This document shows positions 28,597-40,696 of a DNA stretch of 64,000 bases, piece after piece. The stretch is from Desulfobacterales bacterium (GTDB lineage: Bacteria; Desulfobacterota; Desulfobacteria; Desulfobacterales; UBA5852): positions 1-64,000 of the forward strand of contig CAXXVS010000002.1 in NCBI GenBank assembly GCA_963674755.2. Reading direction: 5' to 3'. Each line of letters begins with the position of its first letter. Positions within the stretch are counted from its first letter, which is position 1. Position numbers and translations under genes: made by a program. Below the pieces are notes generated by a model. The model saw nothing but the letters and a program-made list of their open reading frames with translations. It was not told where the DNA came from and made no database searches.

Positions 28597-28851
28597 ATGC
28601 CTTACGAACCTGAAAAGGATAAAGTCCTCAAGGAATGGAAGTGTGATGAAACCGGACTTCTGGTGAGCATCAACCAGTATGCTGACGGGGAACCCAAAGT
28701 GCAGATCGGCCCGCGCATCCTCAAGAAACGGGATGGATCGGACCGGGCCCCCACCAAGGCCGGGCGGCTTACGATCGAGGATGTCTTGTGGCTGTACGAT
28801 ATTATCGACGAGATCAAGGACGAGCTGAGCCGCAAGGCAGGGCCGGTATAA
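28597..28851 (+). CDS. 84-aa hypothetical protein
   Basis: AGGAG RBS, host-like codon usage, beta-rich pattern with C-terminal helix. Confidence 0.8.
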   Translation: MPYEPEKDKVLKEWKCDETGLLVSINQYADGEPKVQIGPRILKKRDGSDRAPTKAGRLTIEDVLWLYDIIDEIKDELSRKAGPV

Positions 28852-28858
28852 ACCAGAT

Positions 28859-29105
28859 TCGGTTTTATGGTTTTAGGGATTTAAAGTGTTAGGGGAAGCG
28901 CTTTTAAGTGCTCGTGTAGCAATTGATGTCGTTTTGAAGTGATTAAGTGGTTAAGGAACAGCGGCTGCTGAGGGGCTTAGGTTTTAAGGGCAACCCTTAA
29001 AACTCTAAACCCTTAAATCCCTGTATCGGTATTCAGCATCCCGCAGGGCAACAGAACTTTTCCGATGTTGACCTAACCATGTAACCACTTAAAACTTAGT
29101 CACTT
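28859..29105. repeat. Nested degenerate 9/8/7-mer periodic inverted repeats
   Basis: GGTTTTATG-GTTTTAGGG-ATTTAAAG; GATTAAGT-GGTTAAGG; perfect hairpin GTTTTAAGGG-CAA-CCCTTAAAAC at 28981-29003; reverse arm TAACCACTTAAAACTTAGTCACTT. Confidence 0.85.
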
Positions 29106-29123
29106 TTTTTATAAACAGGAAGT

Positions 29124-31861
<2,738 letters not shown>

Positions 31862-31864
<3 letters not shown>

Positions 31865-31918
31865 GGTTTTAAGGAGTGCAACCCTAACTCCCCTAACCCC
31901 TTAACCCCTAAAACTTTA
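31862..31918. repeat. Short periodic inverted-repeat tract starting at the ligA stop codon
   Basis: TAAGGTTTTAAGG...CCCTAACTC-CCCTAACC-CCTTAACC-CCTAAAAC. Confidence 0.75.
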
Positions 31919-31944
31919 GCTGCCCAGCAGCTGAAGGAGTCGTT

Positions 31945-32226
31945 ATGGAAGACAATGTCAGAGCACGCCTATTGATTTCAGGTCGCGTGCAGGGGGTCGC
32001 CTTCCGCTGGGAAACCCGGCGGGCGGCCCAGCGCCATGATGTTACGGGGTGGGTGCGCAATCTGCCTGACGGACAGGTCGAGGCGCTGGTCGAGGGCCCC
32101 CGCGCCTCTGTCACCGACCTCATCGACTGGTGCCGCAAAGGGCCGCCCGTGGCCCGGGTGGATAGCCTCGATATTCAGTGGGAGGATTTCGGCGGCGATT
32201 TTACGTCGTTTGAAATTACATACTGA
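31945..32226 (+). CDS. acyP: Acylphosphatase
   Basis: GRVQGVAFR, GWVRNLPDG, GPPVARV. Confidence 0.96.
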   Translation: MEDNVRARLLISGRVQGVAFRWETRRAAQRHDVTGWVRNLPDGQVEALVEGPRASVTDLIDWCRKGPPVARVDSLDIQWEDFGGDFTSFEITY

Positions 32227-32321
32227 AAGTGGTTAAGGCGAACCTTAACGATCCGCCGCCCCGCTGGATGCCGGATACTGGATGCCGGTTAACCCAAAAA
32301 CCATAAGTCCCGTCACTTAAG
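32227..32321. repeat. Periodic repeat tract (8-mer and 7-mer families)
   Basis: AAGTGGTTAAGG...CCTTAAC; CTGGATG-CCGGATA-CTGGATG-CCGG; TCACTTAA. Confidence 0.7.
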
Positions 32322-32395
32322 CCCACCGTTGGACCGATCCCGATAGTGTTTGTGAGATTATCGCTGTTGGATGTGTGTTTGTCAGCAGTTGCGCA

Positions 32396-32518
32396 GACGG
32401 CTTTGAAAAATGTTCAAGATACGGCGTGCAAAGGCCGAGGCGCGAGGCGTACACCGGGTACGCCGCAGTAACGAGGTCTGCCGCACAACGCCGATATTGG
32501 ACATTTTACGAAGCCGTC
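32396..32518. repeat. 123-bp palindromic REP/MITE-like element
   Basis: Terminal IRs GACGGCTTTGAAAAATGTTCAA / TTGGACATTTTACGAAGCCGTC (18/22); internal GGCGTAC...GTACGCC stem. Confidence 0.8.
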
Positions 32519-33659
32519 AAAACAGGGCATCCACGAACTGCCGGGGATCAAAATCTTGCAGGTCCTCGACCTGCTCGCCGACACCGATATACTTCAGGGG
32601 GATCTGCAGGGTACTGCAGATGCTGACCACGATGCCGCCCTTGGCCGTACCGTCCAGCTTGGTCAGGGCCAGGGCGCTCAATTCGATGGCTTCGTCGAAG
32701 AGCTTGGCCTGGGAGAGGGCGTTTTGCCCCGTGGTGGCATCCAGTACGAGCAGGGTCTCGTGGGGGGCTTCCGGGCATTTTTTGGCCAGGGAACGCTTGA
32801 TCTTTTTCAACTCCTCCATCAGGTTGACTTTGGTGTGCAGGCGTCCGGCCGTGTCCACCAGAACGATGTCGACGTTGCGGGCCATGGCGGCCGAGACGGC
32901 ATCGAAGGCCACCGCCGCGGGGTCGGCCTGGTCCTTGTGCTTGACGATATCGGCGCCGGCCCGTTCGGCCCAGATGCTCAGCTGCTCGATGGCCGCGGCC
33001 CGGAAGGTGTCCGAGGCCGCGATCAGGACTTTCTTGCCTTCGCGCGTGTAACGGGCGGCCAGCTTTCCGATGGTCGTGGTTTTGCCGACTCCGTTGACCC
33101 CGACGATCATGATCACCTTGGGCCGCGGCGGGGAGACCGGTTCCTCCCCGGTGGGGGCCGCATCCACGATGGCCATAATCTCTTCCTTGAGGATGGCCTT
33201 GAGATCGGCCGGGCTGGCGATCTTGGAGGTTTTGCGGGAGATGGCCTCAATCAGCTCCATGGTGGTCTGCACGCCCAGGTCGGCCGTGATCAGCAGCTCT
33301 TCGAGCTCTTCCAGCAGCTCGTCGTCGATCTTGCGTTTGCCGCTGAACAGGTCCTCGATGTCGGTGTTGAGGAAATCGCGAGTCTTGGACAGGCCGCGCC
33401 GCAGGCGCGACATGAATCCGCCCCGGGCGGGGGGTGCCTTTTCGGGTGTTGGCGCTTCCGGCGATTCCTCCTGCTCCGCCGTTTCCAGCAGGTCTTCGAT
33501 GTCCTCCGCCTCGACCGCCTCCGCCGCTGTTTCGTCGACATCGGCCGCCGCATCGTCTTCCGCGAATACCCCTTCCGGATCGAATATGTCTTCGCGTTCT
33601 TCCTCCGGGAGCGGGGCTTCCTGGCCCTTCTTTTTACGCTTCAACCATTTGAACGCCAT
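32517..33659 (-). CDS. ftsY: SRP receptor FtsY
   Basis: Acidic N-terminus, GVNGVGKTTT, DTFRAAA, DTAGR, TKLDGTAKGG. Confidence 0.99.
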   Translation of the reverse strand: MAFKWLKRKKKGQEAPLPEEEREDIFDPEGVFAEDDAAADVDETAAEAVEAEDIEDLLETAEQEESPEAPTPEKAPPARGGFMSRLRRGLSKTRDFLNTDIEDLFSGKRKIDDELLEELEELLITADLGVQTTMELIEAISRKTSKIASPADLKAILKEEIMAIVDAAPTGEEPVSPPRPKVIMIVGVNGVGKTTTIGKLAARYTREGKKVLIAASDTFRAAAIEQLSIWAERAGADIVKHKDQADPAAVAFDAVSAAMARNVDIVLVDTAGRLHTKVNLMEELKKIKRSLAKKCPEAPHETLLVLDATTGQNALSQAKLFDEAIELSALALTKLDGTAKGGIVVSICSTLQIPLKYIGVGEQVEDLQDFDPRQFVDALF

Positions 33660-33748
33660 GAATCATGGTCTCCTGTTAAACCATCAACCGCCAAAGGCGT
33701 GAACTCGCCGTACGGTGAAAAGGGTGGGTCCTCTTAAGATGATTCCGG

Positions 33749-33801
33749 GAAAAATGCAAGGGGAGCCGAAGGCAGTGCCGCCGGCTCCCCTTGCATTTTT
33801 C
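33749..33801. terminator. Perfect 20-bp hairpin, bidirectional terminator-like
   Basis: GAAAAATGCAAGGGGAGCCG-13 nt-CGGCTCCCCTTGCATTTTTC. Confidence 0.7.
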
Positions 33802-33844
33802 AATAAAAATAACAAAGCCTTCCGAAAAGCAGAAAAACGCCGTG

Positions 33845-34129
33845 GCCGCCCTATAAATGAGGATTTTCATTCGAGATCAAGGCGAACGTAAGTTTGGAAC
33901 CGCAGGCAACCATCGGTATGTCGAGGACGCCAACGCACGTTCAACGCCGAGCTATGGCCAAAAGACCATTTTCAGCAGGTTGCTGGAAGCCATTTCACGA
34001 TGAGGATTTTCGTTCGAGATCAAGGCGAGGCCGAGTCTCAAACCGCAGGCAACCTCCGGGTTGTCGAGGATGTGAGACGAGGCATCAACGCCGATATCGG
34101 GCGAAAAGACCATCTTGAGATGGCTTCTA
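33845..34129. mobile_element. Two tandem ~140-bp MITE/REP-like elements
   Basis: Shared core ATGAGGATTTTC-TTCGAGATCAAGGCGA...AACCGCAGGCAACC...TGTCGAGGA...TCAACGCCGA...AAAAGACCAT; copy 2 (33984-34129) has IRs GAAGCCATTTCACGATG / CATCTTGAGATGGCTTC and ends in TA. Confidence 0.78.
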
Positions 34130-37100
34130 AGCGGCGTCCCGTGCCTGCTCCCGCTCCAGATTGACCGACACCACCTTGGAGATGCCCTTATGTTCCATGG
34201 TGATGCCGAACAGGGTGTCGGCAAATTCCATGGTGTTCTTGTTGTGGGTGATGACGATGATCTGGGACTTGGCGCCGATGATCTTGAGCAGCTCGTTGAA
34301 GCGGTGGACATTGGCGTCGTCCAGGGGCGCATCGATCTCGTCCAGCAGGCAGAAGGCGGTCGGCTTGATCAGGAAAATCGCGAAGATGAAAGCAATGGCC
34401 GAAAGCGCTTTTTCCCCGCCGGAGAGCAGGCTCATGCGGGTGACCTTTTTCCCGGGCGGATGCACCATGAACTCCACGCCCGATTCCAGCGGTTCGTTGG
34501 GATCGGCCAGGATCAGCTCGGCTGTTCCACCGTCGAAGAGTTTGGGGAAAACTTCTCCCAGCTTTTCGTTGACCAGCGCCAGGGTTTCCAGAAAACGCTC
34601 CTGGGTGAATTTGTTGATGCGCCGGATCACAGTCTGAAGGTCTTCGATGGCTTGGTTCAGGTCTTCCTGCTGCTCGCAGAGAAAATCATAGCGGGTCTTG
34701 TATTGCTCGTATTCCTTGATGGCGCCCATGTTGACATCCTGGATCTGGCCCAGTTTCTGGCGGCAACGCTCGAGTTCCTGCTCCGCCTCTTCGATGGTGG
34801 GATCGAAGTCTTCTTCCAGGTTGGCCTGCAGTTCGGCGCGGAAGGTAGCGATCTCGCCATGATAGCGCTCGTTGAGCCGGCTGACGATGTGATCGCGTTT
34901 CATGCGCTGCTGGGAGACATCCACTTCGAGTAGGCGCAGTTTCTCATTGCTTTGCTCCCTCTGGGTCTGGATCCGGGCAATGGCGTCATCGCTGGTCTGC
35001 AACTGGCGGTCGATGGCCTGATAGAGGGTTTCATTGGATTCCAGATCCTGGGTGAGCTTTTCCAGTTCGCCATAGCGCTGGGCCAGGCCGGCTTCCAGGG
35101 TCAGGACACGTTGGGAGGCTTCCCGGTGGCGGTCGCGCTTGGTCTGAATTTCGTTTTTTAAGCTTTCAAAGCGTTGCAGCCCGTCGGCCTGGAATTCTTT
35201 CAGGCGGCGCAGGCTGTTGGCATTGTTCTCCATCTTGGCCTGCAAAGCGGTCAGCCGCAAACGGATGTCCATTTCGCGTTGCTGAAAGACCGCCATTTCC
35301 CGGGTGACCGCCTCCAGTTCGGCTCCCATGGCCGCCACTTGCTGCTGGGCCTGTTCGATCTCAGCGGCGATGTCGCGCAGGGTGGCGTGGTAGCCTTCGA
35401 TCTCCTGGCCGATATCGCTTTCCTCGCCCTGCAGGCGTTCCTGCTCCAATTGCACGATGTCATGGTGGCGCTGGGCGGCTTTCACGTCTTCCGCCGCCTG
35501 GACGCTTTGCTGGCGGGCCTGGATTTCCTCCTCGACGGTCTGATGCTTTTCCGTCAATAGGAGTTGGAGGTCGGTTTCCAGGGTTTTGACCTCGGATTCC
35601 ATGGCCGTCTGGATTTCCCGGCTCCCGGCGATCTGCTCGTTGAGCTGCAGGATCTGGGCGGCCAGATCGCGAATTTCCTGCTTCTGGGCCAGGATGCCGG
35701 CGGTGGTGTCGCCGCCGCCGCCCACGAAGGCCCCCTGACTGGTCACGACTTCGCCCTGGCGCGTGACAATGGTCTGGAACACGCCGTTGCGGTTGAAACG
35801 GGCGGCGGCCGCCGGCAGGTCCTCCACCACGGCCACATGGCGGAAAAGGGCTTCGGCGATCGACCGGTAGCCGTCCTCCACACGTACGTGGTTCAGCAGG
35901 CAAACCTCCGGCGGGGGCAGTTCGGCCGGATCTTTGGCCAGGGGGCGGAAGGTGTCCAGCGGCACGAACCCGCTGCGCCCGGAGGATTGGGCGCTTAGAT
36001 AGTCGATGGCCTCTCGGGCGTGGCCCTGGTCGTCCACCAGGATATACTGCAGGGATTCCCCCAGGGCGGCCTCCACAGCCCCTTCGTAGCCGGGTTCGGC
36101 GGCAATGACATCGGCCACCAGACCGCGGATGCCGTTGCGGGAGCGCTCTTCGGGAGCGCTGCGTTGCATGATGGCCCGCACGCCGTCGCGGTACCACTCG
36201 AAATTGTCCTCCATTTTCTTCAGGGTCGCATGCCGTGAGCGCAGCTGGTTGCGTTCCAGATCAAGGGCCTGGCCCTGTTTGATCTGCTCCGCCAACCTGC
36301 GGCCCTTGGTTTCCAAGCGCTGTCGGGCTTCGCCGATCTGGCGTTCGAGGACCCGCAGGGCTTCCTGCTTTTCGGTCAGCCGGGACTGAGCGCGGGTTTC
36401 GGCACTGCGGGCTGTGGTCAGCGCCCGGGCCGCCAGGACCGCTTCCTCGTCGGTCTTCTTGAGGCGCCGTTGCAGGCTTTCCCGGTTGTTCTGGGCAGCC
36501 TGGTGGATATTGCGGTAACGGGCCTCCTGGCCCACGAGATCGGTCAGACGGGCGCGTTGGGTGTCCAGGGCGGTCTTCAGCGTCTCGGACTTCGCGGCAA
36601 TTTCAGCGGAAGTGCGGCGCTCGGATTCGATTTCCCGCCGAACGGCCGCCACCTCCTGCTCCAGAGTCTGTTGCTGGGCTTCCGAAGCGGTGATTTCGTC
36701 CACCATGCGGGTGTTCTTGGCTTCCAGGTCGTCGCCGGCCTGCTGCAAGGCGGTGATCTCCCCATCCAAACGCTTGATTTCCCCGCGGGTATGCTGAAGA
36801 TCGTTCTCGGATTTGTCCAGGGCACGCTGCAGTTCGTGTTGCCGGGATTTCTGGTTGGCGATTTCCTGGTTCTTCTGCCAGCGCTGCAGTTTGATGTCTT
36901 CCACGGCGGCATCGAGCTTCGTGATCTCGGAGACATGGCTCAGGTTGGCGTCTTTAAGCTCCTGAAGCAGACGGCTGGAGTCCTCGAGCTGCCGGGTGTA
37001 ACGGTCGTGGTAGTGCAGGCCGATGAAGATGTCGAAGGTGCGCGTGCGCTCCTGGTAGGTCTTGTAGAGCTCCGCCTTGCGGGCCTGGCGCTTCAGGCTG

Positions 37101-37717
37101 GCCATCTGGCGTTTGATTTCCCCTACGATGTCCATGACCCGGTAGAGGTTGCGGCGGGTGGCCTCGATTTTGCGCATGGTCTCCACGCGGCGCTGCTTGA
37201 AGCGGGTCACCCCGGCGGCTTCCTCGATGAAATGCCGCCGCTCGTCCGGTCCGGCGTCGGTGATGGCGCCGATGTTGCCCTGCTGGATGACGGCAAAGGA
37301 CTTGGACCCCAGGCCGCTGCCCAGGAAGAGGTCGTGGATATCCTTGAGCCGGCAGGGGCGTTTGTTGAGAAAATAGCCGCTTTCCCCCGAGCGGTAGAGC
37401 CGCCGGGTGATCATGATTTCGGCATAGTCCCGCAACTCGATCGGCACGCTGCCGTTGTCATTGACCAGGGTGAGGGCCACTTCGGCCATGTTGAGGGGCG
37501 GTTTGCCGCTGGCCCCGGCGAAAATGATGTCTTCCATGGACTTGCCGCGCAGGGTCTTTACACTTTGCTCCCCCATCACCCAGCGCAGAGCGTCGATGAT
37601 GTTGCTCTTGCCGCACCCGTTGGGGCCCACCACGGCCGAAATGCCGGGCGGAAACTGGATAGACGCTTTATCGAGAAAGGATTTGAATCCCAAAATTTCC
37701 AGCTTTTTGAGTTTCAT
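34127..37717 (-). CDS. smc: Chromosome segregation protein SMC
   Basis: GFKSF, GPNGCGKSN, coiled coils, hinge, LSGGEK, LDEIDAPLD. Confidence 0.99.
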   Translation of the reverse strand: MKLKKLEILGFKSFLDKASIQFPPGISAVVGPNGCGKSNIIDALRWVMGEQSVKTLRGKSMEDIIFAGASGKPPLNMAEVALTLVNDNGSVPIELRDYAEIMITRRLYRSGESGYFLNKRPCRLKDIHDLFLGSGLGSKSFAVIQQGNIGAITDAGPDERRHFIEEAAGVTRFKQRRVETMRKIEATRRNLYRVMDIVGEIKRQMASLKRQARKAELYKTYQERTRTFDIFIGLHYHDRYTRQLEDSSRLLQELKDANLSHVSEITKLDAAVEDIKLQRWQKNQEIANQKSRQHELQRALDKSENDLQHTRGEIKRLDGEITALQQAGDDLEAKNTRMVDEITASEAQQQTLEQEVAAVRREIESERRTSAEIAAKSETLKTALDTQRARLTDLVGQEARYRNIHQAAQNNRESLQRRLKKTDEEAVLAARALTTARSAETRAQSRLTEKQEALRVLERQIGEARQRLETKGRRLAEQIKQGQALDLERNQLRSRHATLKKMEDNFEWYRDGVRAIMQRSAPEERSRNGIRGLVADVIAAEPGYEGAVEAALGESLQYILVDDQGHAREAIDYLSAQSSGRSGFVPLDTFRPLAKDPAELPPPEVCLLNHVRVEDGYRSIAEALFRHVAVVEDLPAAAARFNRNGVFQTIVTRQGEVVTSQGAFVGGGGDTTAGILAQKQEIRDLAAQILQLNEQIAGSREIQTAMESEVKTLETDLQLLLTEKHQTVEEEIQARQQSVQAAEDVKAAQRHHDIVQLEQERLQGEESDIGQEIEGYHATLRDIAAEIEQAQQQVAAMGAELEAVTREMAVFQQREMDIRLRLTALQAKMENNANSLRRLKEFQADGLQRFESLKNEIQTKRDRHREASQRVLTLEAGLAQRYGELEKLTQDLESNETLYQAIDRQLQTSDDAIARIQTQREQSNEKLRLLEVDVSQQRMKRDHIVSRLNERYHGEIATFRAELQANLEEDFDPTIEEAEQELERCRQKLGQIQDVNMGAIKEYEQYKTRYDFLCEQQEDLNQAIEDLQTVIRRINKFTQERFLETLALVNEKLGEVFPKLFDGGTAELILADPNEPLESGVEFMVHPPGKKVTRMSLLSGGEKALSAIAFIFAIFLIKPTAFCLLDEIDAPLDDANVHRFNELLKIIGAKSQIIVITHNKNTMEFADTLFGITMEHKGISKVVSVNLEREQARDAA

Positions 37718-37950
37718 GAAACCGATATCTCCTGTTAAAACCGCCGGTTCATCCGGCAGGGATGCGCTTCCGATTGATAATCACAGGGAAATGAATGCAT
37801 CAGGACCGCGCGAAATGGGCAACCGATCGGGGGCGGGGTCAGACGATCATAAGGTCGCATGGCATTGGCCGTTGGCGCCCGCGGGGTTCGTCAGCCTGCC
37901 CGATCAACCGTGACATTCCTAACAAAAATCAGGCCCTATGTAAAGAAAAA

Positions 37951-37998
37951 ACACTATGGAGGGTATAATAAGCTGTTGGTCCCCACAAGATCTGGTGT
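37951..37998. promoter_or_regulatory. Candidate tandem NrdR boxes upstream of smc
   Basis: ACACTATGGAGGGTAT (37951) and CCACAAGATCTGGTGT (37983), starts 32 bp apart; 11/16 and 12/16 to ACACWATATATWGTGT. Confidence 0.45.
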
Positions 37999-38024
37999 TG
38001 AAGCGGCCCTGCAGAACGGCTGCG

Positions 38025-38250
38025 GTTTTGAGGCATTAAGTGTTTAAGTTTTAAGTGATTAAGTGGTTAAGGGAAGGCAGGTGGTCAGTTGCTGAGCTGT
38101 TGAGCCCATGAGCTTCTAACGAAAATGGTTTAGCGGTTTAAGGTTTTAACGATTTAAAATTTAAGGGAACAACGAGGATCACCTGCATCTAAACAACGGT
38201 TTTTTTTAAACACTTAAACTTAACCCCTTAACCACTTTCTCTAACCCCTC
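38025..38250. repeat. Nested periodic inverted repeats (8-mer TTAAGT, 8-mer TGAGCT, 9-mer TTTAA families)
   Basis: CATTAAGT-GTTTAAGT-TTTAAGT-GATTAAGT-GGTTAAGG ... ACACTTAAACTTAACCCCTTAACCACTT. Confidence 0.88.
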
Positions 38251-38424
38251 AAATCGCTATCGGGAACGAATTCATTCACCTGTTATCTCAAGGCCACATG
38301 TCATAAAGCACCCCGGTATTTATTGACATTCCTCCAGGCTTGTGGTCTAAAAAATCGGTATAAAGCATCCTATGTTCGGGCTTCCTACATATTCCGTTTC
38401 ACATCCTGCAGAGAGAAAATCGCG

Positions 38425-39213
38425 ATGTTGAGATCCCTTCGTATGCAAAAATCGACGGTGGCCGCCGCCATGACGAGCATCCTTTTTTTCATCGCCACAC
38501 AGGCCCTGGGGGCGATGGGGACGGGGAGGATCCTGCCCAGCGGTCAGGTCAAGGTCTATCGCGGCGATCAACTGGTCTCCGTGTTGAGCGAAGAAGCGCC
38601 TCTGCCGGAAGGGGTTTTGTTGGCTCCCGAGGGGCAGTGCGGTATGCGCCTGGACAACCTGTTTCTCGTGGCGGATGACGGCAGCCAGTTTTCGATTGCC
38701 GGGAGCCGGGCCGGGCGCGAACTCGCGGTTCGCCAGGGGACCCTTTATTTTGCCATGTCGGGCACCACGGGGCCGCTGGCCTTTCATACGCCGGACGGGG
38801 TGGTGACCACCCTGCGCATGATCCTGAAGGCGTCCACCGCGGGTGGGTTGCTGAAAGGCTATGTCGACGCCGCTCCGGACGGCACCCGTATCGGTGTCCT
38901 GGAAGGGGGCACACTGGTCGTCATGACCCCCGAAGGGGAGCAGACGATCGAATCCGGACGCCAGATTACCTTGGCCCAGGCCAACCTGTTCGACGAAGCG
39001 CCGGCTGAAGAGGGTGCCGAGGCCGGGAAGGGGAACCAGGAGAAAGAGCAAAAAGGGAACACGGACGATGACGATGAAATCCCGGCGGCCTATTTCTGGG
39101 GGGGCGGTGGGTTGGCCGCCCTGGCAGGCATCGGCCTTGCGGCGGGCAGCGGCGGCGGGGGCGGCGGTGGTGGCGGCGCGTTTATCCCGCCGGCCAGTCC
39201 TTCCACCCCGTGA
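38425..39213 (+). CDS. Exported FecR-like beta protein with acidic linker and Gly-rich C-terminal segment (start uncertain)
   Basis: Signal peptide; TRIGVLEGGTLVV FecR-like strand pattern; poly-Gly tail. Confidence 0.65.
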   Translation: MLRSLRMQKSTVAAAMTSILFFIATQALGAMGTGRILPSGQVKVYRGDQLVSVLSEEAPLPEGVLLAPEGQCGMRLDNLFLVADDGSQFSIAGSRAGRELAVRQGTLYFAMSGTTGPLAFHTPDGVVTTLRMILKASTAGGLLKGYVDAAPDGTRIGVLEGGTLVVMTPEGEQTIESGRQITLAQANLFDEAPAEEGAEAGKGNQEKEQKGNTDDDDEIPAAYFWGGGGLAALAGIGLAAGSGGGGGGGGGAFIPPASPSTP

Positions 39214-39239
39214 CCTGGGTGGAACTCTCTCCAAAACAC

Positions 39240-39275
39240 AACGGCGGCTTGCAATCCTTTGCAGGCCGCCGTTTT
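39240..39275 (+). terminator. Hairpin between the FecR-like gene and the export gene
   Basis: AACGGCGGCTTGCAA-TCCT-TTGCAGGCCGCCGTT-TT. Confidence 0.5.
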
Positions 39276-39295
39276 AATGTAATCGGACAATAACG

Positions 39296-40348
39296 GTGAT
39301 GCGTAACGCAAATCGAAATCATGCCGGCTGGCCGGCCTTATACTCCTGGACCTCGATCCTGCTGCTATTCGTATTGATGGGGGGGCTGGGGGGGTGTCTC
39401 AACCCCAAGGAAGAAAAGCTCAACATGGCCATGGCCGAAAGCCATGTCATGCGGACCCCGGAGGCGCGCGACGCCGAGGACTTCAACCGCGAACTGCTGG
39501 CCGGAGCCCAGATCAGCACCGATCCCGGCGATCTGCTGCTGGGAACGGGCGACCTGCTGCAGGTGGAGGTGTTCGAGGCCAAGGAGCTGGCGGCCAAGGT
39601 GCGGATCAGCTCGCGGGGCTTCATCACCCTGCCGCTCATCGGACCGGTGGAGGTCAAAGGGCTCAGCGCCCGGGAGGCCGAACTGCGCATCGAAGCGCTC
39701 TACCGGGAGAAGTACATCAAGGAGCCCCACGTGTCGGTCTTCGTGGAGGAGCACTACAGCCAGCGGGTGACCCTGGTGGGCGAACTTAAAAGTCCGGGCA
39801 CCTACGACTATCCCCGCAAGATGCGGCTGCTGGACGTGCTCTCCCTGGCGGGCGGGCTTACGGAGAAGGCCGGCCGCACGGCCCAGGTGCGCCGCATGGG
39901 CGAAAACCAGGATGCCGCCAACACGATTATCGTGGATTTGGACAGTATGCTGCAACAGGGCCACAGCGAGCTCAATATCGAGATCAACGGGGGCGACATC
40001 ATCTTCGTGCCGGCCGCCGGCAACTTTTTCATCAGCGGCGCGGTGGTACGTCCGGGCACCTATCCCATCAAGGACGAGCTTTTCCTGTTGGAGGCCATTT
40101 CCACGGCCGGCGGTTTCAAAGGCTATGCGGATCCCGACGATATCGTCCTGGTCCGCCACAACAAGGAGGGCGAACGCCAGGTCATGGAACTGGACCTGGA
40201 CGACCCCGCGATCCAGCGGATGGTGGTCCAGGACCGGGACGTGATCATCGCCAAGTCCAGCGCCTGGGGCAAGTTCGTCACCGGTTTCGGGGTCAGCATC
40301 GGCTTCCCGGGGGTGGGGAGCGTGGGGTACACGGATCCCGAGCGATAG
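39296..40348 (+). CDS. Polysaccharide export lipoprotein (Wza/OPX family, two SLBB domains)
   Basis: Lipobox LGGC, LGTGDLLQVEVF, GFITLPLIGPV, LSLAGGL, ISTAGGF. Confidence 0.92.
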   Translation: MMRNANRNHAGWPALYSWTSILLLFVLMGGLGGCLNPKEEKLNMAMAESHVMRTPEARDAEDFNRELLAGAQISTDPGDLLLGTGDLLQVEVFEAKELAAKVRISSRGFITLPLIGPVEVKGLSAREAELRIEALYREKYIKEPHVSVFVEEHYSQRVTLVGELKSPGTYDYPRKMRLLDVLSLAGGLTEKAGRTAQVRRMGENQDAANTIIVDLDSMLQQGHSELNIEINGGDIIFVPAAGNFFISGAVVRPGTYPIKDELFLLEAISTAGGFKGYADPDDIVLVRHNKEGERQVMELDLDDPAIQRMVVQDRDVIIAKSSAWGKFVTGFGVSIGFPGVGSVGYTDPER

Positions 40349-40369
40349 TCACAGCTGACCGCAAAACGC

Positions 40370-40397
40370 AAAAAACCGCCCGGTGGGGCGGTTTTTT
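40370..40397. terminator. Bidirectional rho-independent terminator
   Basis: AAAAAACCGCCC-GGTG-GGGCGGTTTTTT between convergent genes. Confidence 0.88.
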
Positions 40398-40427
40398 ATT
40401 GCCTCGATCGGCAACGCAACAGCAGTC

Positions 40428-40684
40428 CACAAGCCGCTAAGCCGCTAAGCTGTTGAGCAACGACAGGGGCGGTGGGCTAACGGAACGGAAATAATAAAAA
40501 CAAGTTGTTGGTTATTCGTTATGAGGAAAGCCGGTAGAGCGGGGAATAGATTATCCGTTAATCGTCATAAGGAACTGCGAGAAATCGAGTAAACACCAAT
40601 TACCAATAACCGATAACGAATAACGAACTTTCTTCATTTCCGACCCCCGGTGTCACCAACGGCTTACCAGCTCAACAGCCAGCA
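40428..40684. repeat. Nested inverted periodic repeats: outer 8-mer, inner 7-mer
   Basis: GCTAAGCC-GCTAAGCT-GTTGAGC ... GCTTACCA-GCTCAACAGC; GTTGTTG-GTTATTC-GTTAT ... CAATTAC-CAATAAC-CGATAAC-GAATAAC. Confidence 0.85.
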
Positions 40685-40696
40685 GTTGAATTTCCC

